From Parcubacteria group bacterium M6-OD1-3 (GTDB taxonomy: Bacteria; Patescibacteriota; Minisyncoccia; Moranbacterales; UBA9337): a stretch of 64,000 nt of DNA. A model generated the notes under the pieces. It was not told the origin of the DNA and searched no databases. It saw nothing but the letters and a program-made list of their open reading frames with translations. Of this stretch, positions 41,558 to 50,864 are shown piece by piece. The translations under genes and the position numbers were made by a program. The DNA lies in NCBI GenBank assembly GCA_003056165.1, contig LSNR01000014.1, forward strand, positions 70,408 through 134,407, read 5' to 3'. Positions within the stretch are counted from its first letter, which is position 1, and each line of letters opens with the position of its first letter.

Positions 41558-42032
41558 TTGGCTCACAGGAATGCCAAGGGAACTAGCGACTTTTTTAATG
41601 GCGATGTTACCAGTAACGGAATTGCGAGCTTCTATTCCTGTGGCAATTTTGAAATATCATTTATCTCCAATGTCGGCGTTTTTCTGGTCGGTATTAGGAA
41701 ATTCATTCTTGGGAGTAATAGTTTTATTATTGATTGAGCCTATCGTAAAAAGCATAATAGAGCGGTTCGATTTTTTAAATAATATTTGGCAAAAATATAT
41801 TGGCAGATTGCGAGAAAAAAACAAAGAAAAATTTGCTAAATGGGAAGCATGGGCGTTAATTTCTTTCGTAGCGATACCTTTGCCGATGACCGGAGCGTTT
41901 AGCGGAGCGGTTGCTGCTTCCATTTTTCAAATTAAGGCAAGAAAAGCAATTCCGTTAATAATTTTAGGTTGTGCAATTTCCGGAACAATAGTGACAGCAT
42001 TAACTATATTTAGTAAAAATTTTGTGCATTAA
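41538..42032 (+). CDS. Small integral membrane protein (possibly COG2426-like)
   Basis: Four predicted TM helices. Confidence 0.45.
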   Translation: MQEIIISWLTGMPRELATFLMAMLPVTELRASIPVAILKYHLSPMSAFFWSVLGNSFLGVIVLLLIEPIVKSIIERFDFLNNIWQKYIGRLREKNKEKFAKWEAWALISFVAIPLPMTGAFSGAVAASIFQIKARKAIPLIILGCAISGTIVTALTIFSKNFVH

Positions 42033-42046
42033 AATTTTATAAAATT

Positions 42047-42811
42047 ATGGAAAAATTAATAATTGGAAATTTAAAAATGAATATTGTTTCTGATGTCGAA
42101 CGAGAAAACTATTTTAAAAGTTTTAAAAAAAGTATTAGAAATAAAAAACTTAAGCAGACAAAAATAATACTTTGTCCGCCGACAATTCACTTGGAAACAT
42201 TTACTAAAAAAATTAAAAATAAAAACGTTTCTTTCGGTGCACAAAATGTTTATTACGAAAACAAAGGTTCTTATACTGGAGAAATTTCTCCTGCAATGGT
42301 AAAAAATTTTGGTGGGGAATATGTTATCATTGGACACAGTGAAAGACGAAAATATTTTAACGAAACTGATAAAACTGTAAATCAAAAAATTAAGCTGTCA
42401 CTTAAAGAAAAATTACAACCGATTTTTTGTTTGGGAGAAACTTCTGAGGAAAGAAAAAGTGGGGAATTAAAAAATATTATTAGCAAACAATTAAAAAAAG
42501 GATTAGCAGATATTCCTAAAAATAAAATTTTCAAAGTAATCATTGCCTACGAGCCGATTTGGGCGATAGGGACCGGTGACATACCGACATCTGAAAATAT
42601 TATGGAGGTACAAATTTTAATTAAGAAAATTTTAGTAGATAATTTTTCTTTAAATATTAACAAGTTACCGAAAATATTATACGGTGGTTCAGTGAATTAT
42701 CGGAATGCCAAAAATCTTTGTTTAGATGTTGGAATGGATGGAGTATTAGTTGGTGGAGAATCTTTGCATCCCGTTGATTTTTTGAAAATAGTTGAAGTTT
42801 TGGATAAATAA
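42047..42811 (+). CDS. tpiA: Triosephosphate isomerase
   Basis: IIGHSERR and AYEPIWAIGTG motifs. Confidence 0.9.
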   Translation: MEKLIIGNLKMNIVSDVERENYFKSFKKSIRNKKLKQTKIILCPPTIHLETFTKKIKNKNVSFGAQNVYYENKGSYTGEISPAMVKNFGGEYVIIGHSERRKYFNETDKTVNQKIKLSLKEKLQPIFCLGETSEERKSGELKNIISKQLKKGLADIPKNKIFKVIIAYEPIWAIGTGDIPTSENIMEVQILIKKILVDNFSLNINKLPKILYGGSVNYRNAKNLCLDVGMDGVLVGGESLHPVDFLKIVEVLDK

Positions 42812-42861
42812 TTAAATTAAAAACTTTATATAATATTTTATTTTATAAAGTCAAAATAAAT

Positions 42862-43728
42862 ATGTTAGAGTATGTAAAAGATATCTTAGTCGAAGCTAAG
42901 GAAAATAATTATGCCGTAGGAGCATTCAATACTACAAATCTGGAAACCACACAAGCTATTTTAGAAGCGGCACAAGAAAAAAAATCTCCTGTAATTATTC
43001 AAGTAACGGAAAAAACGATGGATTATGCTGGCGGAAGAAATATTTTTCAAATAATTAAAAATACAGCTGAGTATTATTACCCAGAAATTCCAGTTGGTAT
43101 TCATTTAGATCATGGAAAAAGTTTCGAAGTAATTCAGCGCGCAATAGAAATCGGTTTTACTTCAGTGATGTACGATGGTTCTAGAGGAAAATATGAAGAT
43201 AATTTAATGACCACAAAAAGAATTTCTGAATATTGTCACAAAAAAAATATTAATATTCAAGCGGAGTTAGGGAATGTTCCTTATTTGAAAGAAGTTGGAA
43301 TTATAGATGTTGATTGGGATAAATATATGACTGATCCGGAACAGGCGGAAAAATTTGTAACTGAGACAAGTATCGATGCTTTAGCTGTAGCAGTCGGTAA
43401 TGCCCATGGTTTTGCCAAAGAGCGATCTAAACCAGACTACGAGAGATTGGATAATATCAGCAAACGATTAGATGTTCCTTTAATTATGCATGGTGCCTCA
43501 GATTGGGAAGAAGAGAAAGTTAGGAATGCTATTGAAAGAGGTATTAGTTGTTTTAATGTTGATACTGCCTCAAGGGTAGCTTTTATTACTAGTTTGGTTA
43601 AAACTATCAGCGAAACAAAAGAACTTTCATATGACATTAGAACTCATTTGGGAAAGGCTAGGAAAGCGATAAAAGAAACTGTTATGCATAAGATGGATAT
43701 TTTTAAAAGTGCTGGAAAAATTAAGTAG
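42862..43728 (+). CDS. fba: Class II fructose-bisphosphate aldolase
   Basis: AVGAFNTTNLE…, an HLDHG metal site, and a 288-aa length. Confidence 0.85.
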   Translation: MLEYVKDILVEAKENNYAVGAFNTTNLETTQAILEAAQEKKSPVIIQVTEKTMDYAGGRNIFQIIKNTAEYYYPEIPVGIHLDHGKSFEVIQRAIEIGFTSVMYDGSRGKYEDNLMTTKRISEYCHKKNINIQAELGNVPYLKEVGIIDVDWDKYMTDPEQAEKFVTETSIDALAVAVGNAHGFAKERSKPDYERLDNISKRLDVPLIMHGASDWEEEKVRNAIERGISCFNVDTASRVAFITSLVKTISETKELSYDIRTHLGKARKAIKETVMHKMDIFKSAGKIK

Positions 43729-43746
43729 TAATTATGAATATAAGAA

Positions 43747-44928
43747 ATGAGTGAGATAAATAAAGTGCTGGTCGTAGCTCCGGTACCGTTTTTTGTTGAC
43801 AGAGGAACTCCGATGCGTATTTTGGAAGAGTCTTTAGCATTGGAAAGAAAGGGTCTGAAGGTTGATATCGTTACCTATCATTTGGGTCGAGATATTAAAG
43901 ATTTGGCACCGGAAAGTAAAATTAAAATACATCGCGTCGTTAGGTTTTTGTTTTGGTATAATAAAAAAGAATCGGGACCAAGCTGGCAAAAAATAATCTT
44001 GGATATGTTATTGATTGTCAAAGTTTTACGGGTCTACTTCAAAATCAAGCCGGATGTTATTCATGCTCATTTACACGAAGGCGTTTTAATTGGTTGGCTT
44101 GTTCAAAAAATTATTTTTTGGAAAAAAATAAAACTAGTAGCTGATTTTCATGGAGAATTAGTTAATGAAATGACCTCACACGGCTATTTAAACGGAGGCT
44201 GGCTCAAAAAAATTTTTCATTTTCTGGAAAAAGTAATTTTTTCAATGGGTGATTGGACAATTGCCAGTTCCGGAGAATTAAAGACAATAATTTATAAATC
44301 AAAAAAAGATAATAGAGTGGATATTGTTTTGGATGGCGTAAATTTAGAAAGATATAATTTAAAAAATAAAGACGCTCATACCAACACAAACAATACTTTG
44401 CTAACAATTATTTATTCTGGAGCATTCGTCCAGAATAAAGGAATCGATTTGTTATTGGAGGCTATTTTAAAAATTTCGCAAAAAAATATTAAGGATGTAT
44501 CATTTATTTTGGCGGGAGGTCCAATTGAAAATATAAAAGACTTTATTAAAAAAAATAATTTGAAAAAAATAGTTAAAATTATTAGTCCGTTGGACTATAA
44601 GGATTTGCCAGAAGTTAATATATTGGGAGACATTGCGATTGATCCGAAAACTTCACAAGTCGGGCAAGCAAGTGGAAAAATTTTACAATATATGGCAGCA
44701 GGTTTACCGGTAATTTGTTTCGACAGAAAAAATAATAGAAAATATCTGAAGGAAGCAGGATATTATGTGACAGATTTTTCCGCTGACGGATTAGTCACGG
44801 CAATTTTATATTTCAAAAAAAATCCGGACAAAATAAAAACAATGTCCGCAACTTCTCGAGAAATGGCTAAACAATTCTCTTGGGACAAATCCGCCAAAAA
44901 AATAACTGAAGTTTATCAAAAAATTTAA
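43747..44928 (+). CDS. Glycosyltransferase family 1 (GT4-like)
   Basis: Characteristic C-terminal domain pattern (…QASGKILQYMAAGLPVICFD…). Confidence 0.75.
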   Translation: MSEINKVLVVAPVPFFVDRGTPMRILEESLALERKGLKVDIVTYHLGRDIKDLAPESKIKIHRVVRFLFWYNKKESGPSWQKIILDMLLIVKVLRVYFKIKPDVIHAHLHEGVLIGWLVQKIIFWKKIKLVADFHGELVNEMTSHGYLNGGWLKKIFHFLEKVIFSMGDWTIASSGELKTIIYKSKKDNRVDIVLDGVNLERYNLKNKDAHTNTNNTLLTIIYSGAFVQNKGIDLLLEAILKISQKNIKDVSFILAGGPIENIKDFIKKNNLKKIVKIISPLDYKDLPEVNILGDIAIDPKTSQVGQASGKILQYMAAGLPVICFDRKNNRKYLKEAGYYVTDFSADGLVTAILYFKKNPDKIKTMSATSREMAKQFSWDKSAKKITEVYQKI

Positions 44929-44964
44929 TAAAGAACCTATTTTTTCTGTCTAAGAAGGGAAGTA

Positions 44965-45018
44965 TCCATTTAAATAACCATTTAAATAACCATTTAAATA
45001 TCCATTTAAATAACCATT
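44965..45018 (+). repeat. Tandem array (4-5x) of a 12-13-bp unit (A)TCCATTTAAATAA containing the palindromic core ATTTAAAT; candidate operator array or island boundary
   Basis: Read directly: atccatttaaataa ccatttaaataa ccatttaaata tccatttaaataa ccatt. It lies immediately upstream of the AbrB-like gene 45032. Confidence 0.7.
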
Positions 45019-45031
45019 AAAAAATAAAAAT

Positions 45032-45214
45032 ATGAGAAGAAAACTTGAAGATCGTAGTATAAGAAAAATTTCTAAGCGTGGTTCTGGTAGTTACGGCGTA
45101 ACTATTCCAATTGAACTCGTTCGTCAATTAAAATGGCGAACAAAACAAAAAGTTATCATCAAAAAATCTGGAAACAAACTAATTATTGAAGATTGGAAAC
45201 CTACTAGACGATAG
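45032..45214 (+). CDS. AbrB/SpoVT-MazE-like small DNA-binding protein, paralog of 26275
   Basis: MRRKLEDRSIRKISKRGSGSYGVTIPIELV…LIIEDWKP. Confidence 0.55.
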   Translation: MRRKLEDRSIRKISKRGSGSYGVTIPIELVRQLKWRTKQKVIIKKSGNKLIIEDWKPTRR

Positions 45215-45280
45215 ATGGGAAATAAAGCAACTAACAAAAAAGCAAAGAATTATTTGAAAAATCTAGGATATTAAAATAAA

Positions 45281-46120
45281 ATGAAAAAAGAATTAAAAAA
45301 CAATAAAGACATTGCTGTTTTTGAACGAGGGGAAGTAAGAAAAGTTTGGAAAAAAGAAAAATGGTATTTTTCAGTGATTGATATTGTAGCTGTGCTGACT
45401 AATCAAAGTGATTTTAAAAAAGCAAAGACTTACTGGACTACATTAAAAAATCGTCTTAAAAATGAGGGAAGTGAGTTGGTCACAAAATGTGACCAACTGA
45501 AAATGCAATCGATTGATGGCAAGTTTTATAAAACAGATGTCGCTGATGTTGAAACAATTTTACGATTGGTGCAATCTATACCGAGTAAAAAAGCCGAACC
45601 CTTTAAATTGTGGTTAGCAAAAGTAGGGAAGGAAAGAATTGACGAAATCGCTGACCCAGAACTTGCAGTGAATAGGGCAAAAGAAATTTATGAGAAAAAA
45701 GGATATCCAAAAGATTGGATAGACAAAAGAATGCGAGGCATTGCAGTAAGAAATACTTTAACTGATGAATAGAAAAGAAGAGAAATAAAAAAGGGTTATG
45801 AATTTGGAATTTTAACCAATGAGATTTATAAAAATACTTTTAATGAAGATTATAAATCTTTGATGAAAATAAAAAACTTAGACAAGAAGAACAAAGATAA
45901 TTTGCGAGATCATATGGGAGATATTGAGTTGATATTAACAATGTTAGCCGAAGTAACTTCCACGGATATTTCTAAAGCAAAAAATTCAAAAGGATTAAAA
46001 GAAATAAAAACTGATATTAAAAAAGGCGGAAAAATCGCTGGAGAAGCAAGACAAAAAATCGAAAAAGAAACCAACAAAAAAGTTATTACTGGTGAAAATT
46101 TTAAAAAACTAAATAATTGA
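45281..46120 (+). pseudogene. DinD-like / Bro-N-domain gene interrupted by a single in-frame TAG (45770-45772)
   Basis: ORFs 45281-45772 and 45860-46120 are in the same frame. The N-terminus has a Bro-N-like motif (GEVRKVWKKEKWYFSVIDIVAVL), and the C-terminal segment (…RDHMGDIELILTMLAEVTSTD…GGKIAGEARQKIEKETNKKVIT) resembles the E. coli DinD C-terminus. Confidence 0.55.
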
Positions 46121-46172
46121 CGAATGCTGATATGAGTAGTAAGATTAGGGAAAAGATAGAGTAATTTTTTAA

Positions 46173-47210
46173 ATGTGTTTATTTATGGAAAATAAAAATA
46201 TAATTGAAAAAATAGAAAAACTTAGAAATTCACGAGTTATAACCTATATAACTAGCGACCGACAAGGTCCAGTCAATGCTAAAATTGCTGGAGATATTAT
46301 TCCAATTATCAGTAATCAATTAAGAAAAATTGGCAAAACTGATAAAATTGATTTGTTTTTGTATAGTGCTGGTGGTGATACTATGGTTCCTTGGCGTATG
46401 GTTTCGATGATTAGGGAATATTGTAAGGAATTTTCTGTGTTAATTCCGTATAAGGCACATAGTTCTGCTACTATGATTTCTTTGGGTGCAGATAAAATTG
46501 TTATGAGTGATTTATCAGAGTTATCACCGATTGATCCTTCAACCGCTAATGTTTTTAACCCAGTTGACCCGCAAAATCCACAAAGTCGAATTCCAATTTC
46601 AGTTGAGGATGTTATGGCGTATTTTGATCTAGCGAAAAATAAATTTGGTATAAAAAATGATGAAGATCTAACTAAAATTTTTAACAAGTTTATAGACTCT
46701 AATCCGCAAATTCATCCTTTAGCACTTGGTAATGTAAATCGTACGCATAATTTAATTAGAATTTTAGCAAAACGATTATTAAAAAGTCATCAAGAGCCAA
46801 TGAAAGATGATGTTATTGATAAAATTGTTGATAATTTTACAGAGAAATTATATTCACACCAATATTATATTGGTCGCAAAGAAGCCAAGGAAGACTTAGG
46901 AATTGAATCGGTTAAATATGCGGAGGATGACTTGGCTAATGCAATGACTGAACTATATGAAGCGTATAAAAAAGAAATGGAATTAGATGTTATTTTTAAT
47001 TCAGAAAATGAATTAGGTGAAAATGTTTCTGTAAATAAAAAGGAATATAAAATAGCATTTGCAGAAAGTGCAAGTTTATCAAATTATTTTAACCTATCAA
47101 TTGAATTTAAAAAACAACAAATAACCACGACACAACAAACTCCACAAGGACCAATGCAAATCCCGCAAGAACAAGTTGGCTTTAAGATTATTGGACAAGG
47201 GTGGAAGTAA
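46173..47210 (+). CDS. ClpP/S49-fold 'SDH' (serine dehydrogenase proteinase)-family serine protease-like protein with an unknown C-terminal extension
   Basis: …LYSAGGDTMVPWRMVSMIREY…VLIPYKAHSSATMISLGADKIVMSDLSELSPIDP… resembles the SDH/S49 pattern SPGG…AMSGGTLIALAADEIIM…GPVDP. First gene of a tight three-gene operon. Confidence 0.5.
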   Translation: MCLFMENKNIIEKIEKLRNSRVITYITSDRQGPVNAKIAGDIIPIISNQLRKIGKTDKIDLFLYSAGGDTMVPWRMVSMIREYCKEFSVLIPYKAHSSATMISLGADKIVMSDLSELSPIDPSTANVFNPVDPQNPQSRIPISVEDVMAYFDLAKNKFGIKNDEDLTKIFNKFIDSNPQIHPLALGNVNRTHNLIRILAKRLLKSHQEPMKDDVIDKIVDNFTEKLYSHQYYIGRKEAKEDLGIESVKYAEDDLANAMTELYEAYKKEMELDVIFNSENELGENVSVNKKEYKIAFAESASLSNYFNLSIEFKKQQITTTQQTPQGPMQIPQEQVGFKIIGQGWK

Positions 47211-47232
47211 TAAATAATTAAAAAATAAAAAT

Positions 47233-47865
47233 ATGGAAAATAAATTAAATAAGTACGATTCAATATTGGCTGCTGTTGAATTTGCTGATCCAATGATTGA
47301 GGTGCAAAAAGCGCTGGATGATAGCCAGTTATTAAAAGATAAAAAATATAGTTTAGGATTGTCAGAGGCTAGTATTAAAAAAATAAACCCTCAAAATCCT
47401 TCTGAGGTCTTAGTCTCTCTAAATAGGATACAACTTCAAGAATCTGAGTTTTTAGTTGAAAAAAGTAATGAAATTATAAATATTATTCAGTCGCTTAATG
47501 AAGCTAGGAGCGCTGTAGTGAATAATTCTGTTAATAAAATTAAATTTTGTGGTGCAATTTTTACCATAAAACACTTAATTGATGACAAAGAAATTGGCAC
47601 AATAGAAAAAATCTTTAATTTAAAAAATGTAAATAAAGAAACAAGAAGTTTTAATTTTAAATCAGATGATAGTAAATATAATTATAATATTGTTACGGAA
47701 TTTGATTATAAAGTAAAAAAGCATTTAAAGATAATTTTTGATGTAAATAATATACACCAAACGGAAGAAAAAAAAATTGAACAACTGGAAGATATTATAA
47801 ATGAAATAAAAAATAAAATAGATAAAAAGAAAAACTTTTTTAATTTTATTGAAACTTTATTATAA
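47233..47865 (+). CDS. Hypothetical protein (210 aa), middle gene of the protease operon
   Basis: Follows the upstream gene after a 22-bp gap. No family was recognised. Confidence 0.5.
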   Translation: MENKLNKYDSILAAVEFADPMIEVQKALDDSQLLKDKKYSLGLSEASIKKINPQNPSEVLVSLNRIQLQESEFLVEKSNEIINIIQSLNEARSAVVNNSVNKIKFCGAIFTIKHLIDDKEIGTIEKIFNLKNVNKETRSFNFKSDDSKYNYNIVTEFDYKVKKHLKIIFDVNNIHQTEEKKIEQLEDIINEIKNKIDKKKNFFNFIETLL

Positions 47866-47871
47866 ACAAAT

Positions 47872-48468
47872 ATGCTTTCACAGGACAATAAAACAATTGA
47901 AGATGATATAGAATTTTTTGAAGAGCCCACTACTCCAAAAAAAATAGAGAGAAGTGTAACTTTTGATGACTTAAATCCATTAAGAGAAGCTATTATTAAT
48001 TTGGATAATAAGGCTAATAAAATAAGTAGTAAGTACGAGAAAATAGAAAAAGGTATCAAGAATCAAGAAGCAGAACTTAAAAAGCAAAAGAAAAACTTTA
48101 ACAACCAGAAAGAAATTATTAATGATCAAAAAAATGACATTAAAGCAATAAAGGCGGATCTCGAAAATCAAACCAATAGAATCCCTGAAATAGTTGGTTT
48201 GTTTTCTGCGATAATAGCAATTGTATTAATAGATGTTAGTGTGATTAAATCTGCTCAGAGTTTTCTTGGAGCCATATTGTTAATAATATCGTTGACATGT
48301 TCTATTGCTATATTTGCTGTGTTAATACACTCCTTTTTTTCGCCAGATGATAAATCTGAGTTTGGTAAATCATTTTGGGTGCCAATAAGCATCCTCATAA
48401 TTTTTGTAATTATAGGAGGCGCAACTTATTTCACAGGTAATGATTTGTACAAATTTTTGGAAAAATAA
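47872..48468 (+). CDS. Coiled-coil protein with three C-terminal TM helices
   Basis: N-terminal charged coiled-coil (…KKQKKNFNNQKEIINDQKNDIKAIKADLENQ…) and then three hydrophobic helices. Follows the previous gene after a 6-bp gap. Confidence 0.5.
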   Translation: MLSQDNKTIEDDIEFFEEPTTPKKIERSVTFDDLNPLREAIINLDNKANKISSKYEKIEKGIKNQEAELKKQKKNFNNQKEIINDQKNDIKAIKADLENQTNRIPEIVGLFSAIIAIVLIDVSVIKSAQSFLGAILLIISLTCSIAIFAVLIHSFFSPDDKSEFGKSFWVPISILIIFVIIGGATYFTGNDLYKFLEK

Positions 48469-48543
48469 AAGTGATACAGGGAAATCGTGTAATGAAAAAA
48501 TAAATTTATTGAAAATAAAAGCAAGGACTAACTTAAAATAAAT

Positions 48544-49554
48544 ATGGTGGTAAAACAAAAGAAAAAGGTTATAGTTAAAACACTTTTTTCTGAAAACAAA
48601 AAGAATACCAAAAAGAATATAAAATTTACATTCATAGATTTATTTGCAGGGATTGGTGGTATTAGATTAGGCTTTGAAAAAGTTGGAGGAGAATGTGTTT
48701 TTACTTCTGAGTGGGATAAATTTGCAGCCGAAACATATCGAGAAAATTTTGAGGAACTTCCTTACGGAGATATAACAAAAATTATTCCAGAAGAAATCCC
48801 GCCTTTTAATATTTTGCTAGCTGGTTTTCCATGCCAGCCATTTTCAAACGCAGGATTAAAAAAAGGTTTTGATGACACCAGAGGAACTCTATTTTTTGAT
48901 ATAGCAAGAATTATTAAACATCATAAGCCAGAGGTTGTTTTTCTTGAAAATGTAAAAGGTTTCAGGGGGCATGATAAGGGAAACACCTTTAAAACTATAA
49001 AAAGGAAATTAGAAAGTTTAGGATACAAAGTATTTGACAAAGTGTTAAATGCAAGAGACTTCGGTGTACCACAAAATAGAGAGCGTATTTATATAATTGC
49101 ATTTTTAGATAAAAATATTAATTTTGAATATCCTGTTGAAAATAAAAAAACAAAACTTGGGAACATATTAGAGCAGTTTGTTGATGAAAAGTATACTCTT
49201 TCAGACAAGCTTTGGGAAGGACATCAAAGAAGAAAAAAAGAACACAAAGCAAAAGGCAATGGATTTGGATATTCTATATTTGATAAGGATTCTAAATACA
49301 CAAGCACGATGAGTGCTAGATATTACAAAGACGGTTCTGAAATTTTAATTAAACAAAATGGAAAAAATCCAAGAAAACTTACTCCTAGAGAAGCGTTGCG
49401 CTTGCAAGGATATCCAGATACATATAAAATTATAGTTAGTGATACACAAATGTATAAGCAATGTGGTAATAGTGTAGCAGTGCCTGTAATAAAAGCGTTG
49501 GCGAAAAAAATCATGGAGACAGATGTAAAATTTAAGAAACATAATTTTAAATAA
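48544..49554 (+). CDS. DNA (cytosine-5)-methyltransferase, closest by motifs to M.HhaI
   Basis: Motifs I (FIDLFAGIGG), IV (GFPCQPFSNAG), VI (ENVKG), VIII (QNRERIYII) and X (QCGNSVAVPVI), with M.HhaI-like flanking residues (RGTLFFDIARI). Confidence 0.9.
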   Translation: MVVKQKKKVIVKTLFSENKKNTKKNIKFTFIDLFAGIGGIRLGFEKVGGECVFTSEWDKFAAETYRENFEELPYGDITKIIPEEIPPFNILLAGFPCQPFSNAGLKKGFDDTRGTLFFDIARIIKHHKPEVVFLENVKGFRGHDKGNTFKTIKRKLESLGYKVFDKVLNARDFGVPQNRERIYIIAFLDKNINFEYPVENKKTKLGNILEQFVDEKYTLSDKLWEGHQRRKKEHKAKGNGFGYSIFDKDSKYTSTMSARYYKDGSEILIKQNGKNPRKLTPREALRLQGYPDTYKIIVSDTQMYKQCGNSVAVPVIKALAKKIMETDVKFKKHNFK

Positions 49555-49555
49555 T

Positions 49556-50578
49556 ATGAAAATTAACAAGCTTAAAATAGAAAGAAGAGTGTTTAATATT
49601 AATTTAAAATTTTATTTTTTCTTAAAACACTTGGTAAAAATTAAATTATCAGATATTCAAGCGAGTAAGCTTTTTAAAGTATATACTTTAAATCAAAAAA
49701 TAGGATACAAAAGAAATATTACAAAATTAGTAAAATTTACAGAAGCTGAGCTAAAAAGTGGGAGCGATAAACAGAATTTTTTATTTGATATATTAGATGA
49801 GATAGATAGTAGTGTTGATTTAAAATTGTTTATTTTTAGTTTAAATTTGTACATGATTAAAGATTTGCTTTTGCAAGAAGCAAAGCTTAAAGATTTATTA
49901 GATACATCAAATCTTGATAATTTAGATCCGTTATCCTTAGAATATGATAAAATAACCTTGTATAGTCCATATTCGACGAGGGTAAATGGTGCTTTATTAT
50001 CATTGATATTTTTTGATAAATTGGAAAAACAAGAGGCTAATTTTATTTCAAGGGATGCTGACAATTTTGTGAAAAAATTGTCAAAAATTGCGATAGATTT
50101 AAAAAATAAAGGATTGGAGCCAAATCAGATATTTATGTTGATGTTTAGCGAAAGCATAAATCAGTCTATAATAAGTGATAGTGGGTCAAATTATGAAGAT
50201 AGAATTTTAGTAGTTCTAACTTCCATAGGGATTGATGAAGCTAAAATAAAAAAAACTCATGATAAGAATGACGCCTCAACTGAGTTTGATTTTTTCTTTG
50301 AGTTAAATAATAAAACCTATGGAATAGGGGCAAAAAGGACATTAAGAGAAAGATACAAGCAATTCATTAAAACTGCTCAAATGAGTCAAATTGATATAAT
50401 GATAGAAATTACACTAGGTTTAGATTTAAACGAGGAAAAAGCAAAAAATATTCTTAAGCACGGTATTTATATTTTTTTGTCTGATGAAGTTTATCAGTCG
50501 AGAGATTTTTTGAAAAAAATGGAAGGTGTTTTTTCTGTGAAAGAGCTGACATTAAAAACATTAAAATATCTAGAATAA
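49556..50578 (+). CDS. Putative cognate type II restriction endonuclease (unknown family)
   Basis: Its start overlaps the methyltransferase stop (TAATATG), and it is 340 aa. The only support is the typical R-M gene arrangement. Confidence 0.4.
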   Translation: MKINKLKIERRVFNINLKFYFFLKHLVKIKLSDIQASKLFKVYTLNQKIGYKRNITKLVKFTEAELKSGSDKQNFLFDILDEIDSSVDLKLFIFSLNLYMIKDLLLQEAKLKDLLDTSNLDNLDPLSLEYDKITLYSPYSTRVNGALLSLIFFDKLEKQEANFISRDADNFVKKLSKIAIDLKNKGLEPNQIFMLMFSESINQSIISDSGSNYEDRILVVLTSIGIDEAKIKKTHDKNDASTEFDFFFELNNKTYGIGAKRTLRERYKQFIKTAQMSQIDIMIEITLGLDLNEEKAKNILKHGIYIFLSDEVYQSRDFLKKMEGVFSVKELTLKTLKYLE

Positions 50579-50589
50579 AGTTTTGTTTT

Positions 50590-50850
50590 CTAGCTACTCA
50601 TCTTTAATTTTATTTCTTCGTCTTGCAATGATTGAATGACATCGTCTAAATCACCAGCAAGAGTATTTTCTAAACCGCTCTAAGATTTTTTAATACGATG
50701 ATTAGTGACGCGGTCTTGCGGAAAATTACAAATACGAATTTTTTCACTATGGTCACCTATTCCAATTTGTTCTTTGCGTTATTCGCCTAGCTCTTGCACG
50801 TGCTTGTCTTCTTTCATTTGCAATAGACGAGAACGCAAAAATTTTATTTG
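50590..50850 (-). pseudogene. Fragment of a class I peptide chain release factor (C-terminal ~85 aa) with two in-frame stops
   Basis: The minus-strand translation …[72 protein letters not shown]… matches the RF1/RF2 C-terminus (…[26 protein letters not shown]…LDEV..GDLDE.I…). There is no upstream GGQ domain. Confidence 0.6.
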
Positions 50851-50864
50851 CAATTTACAAAAAA

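Noticed and set aside
45770-45772. In-frame TAG as evidence of stop-codon reassignment
   Set aside because: TAG clearly terminates other well-supported genes in the window (for example 3833-5566 and 5761-8496), and TGA and TAA also behave as stops. A nonsense mutation or pseudogene is the simpler reading.
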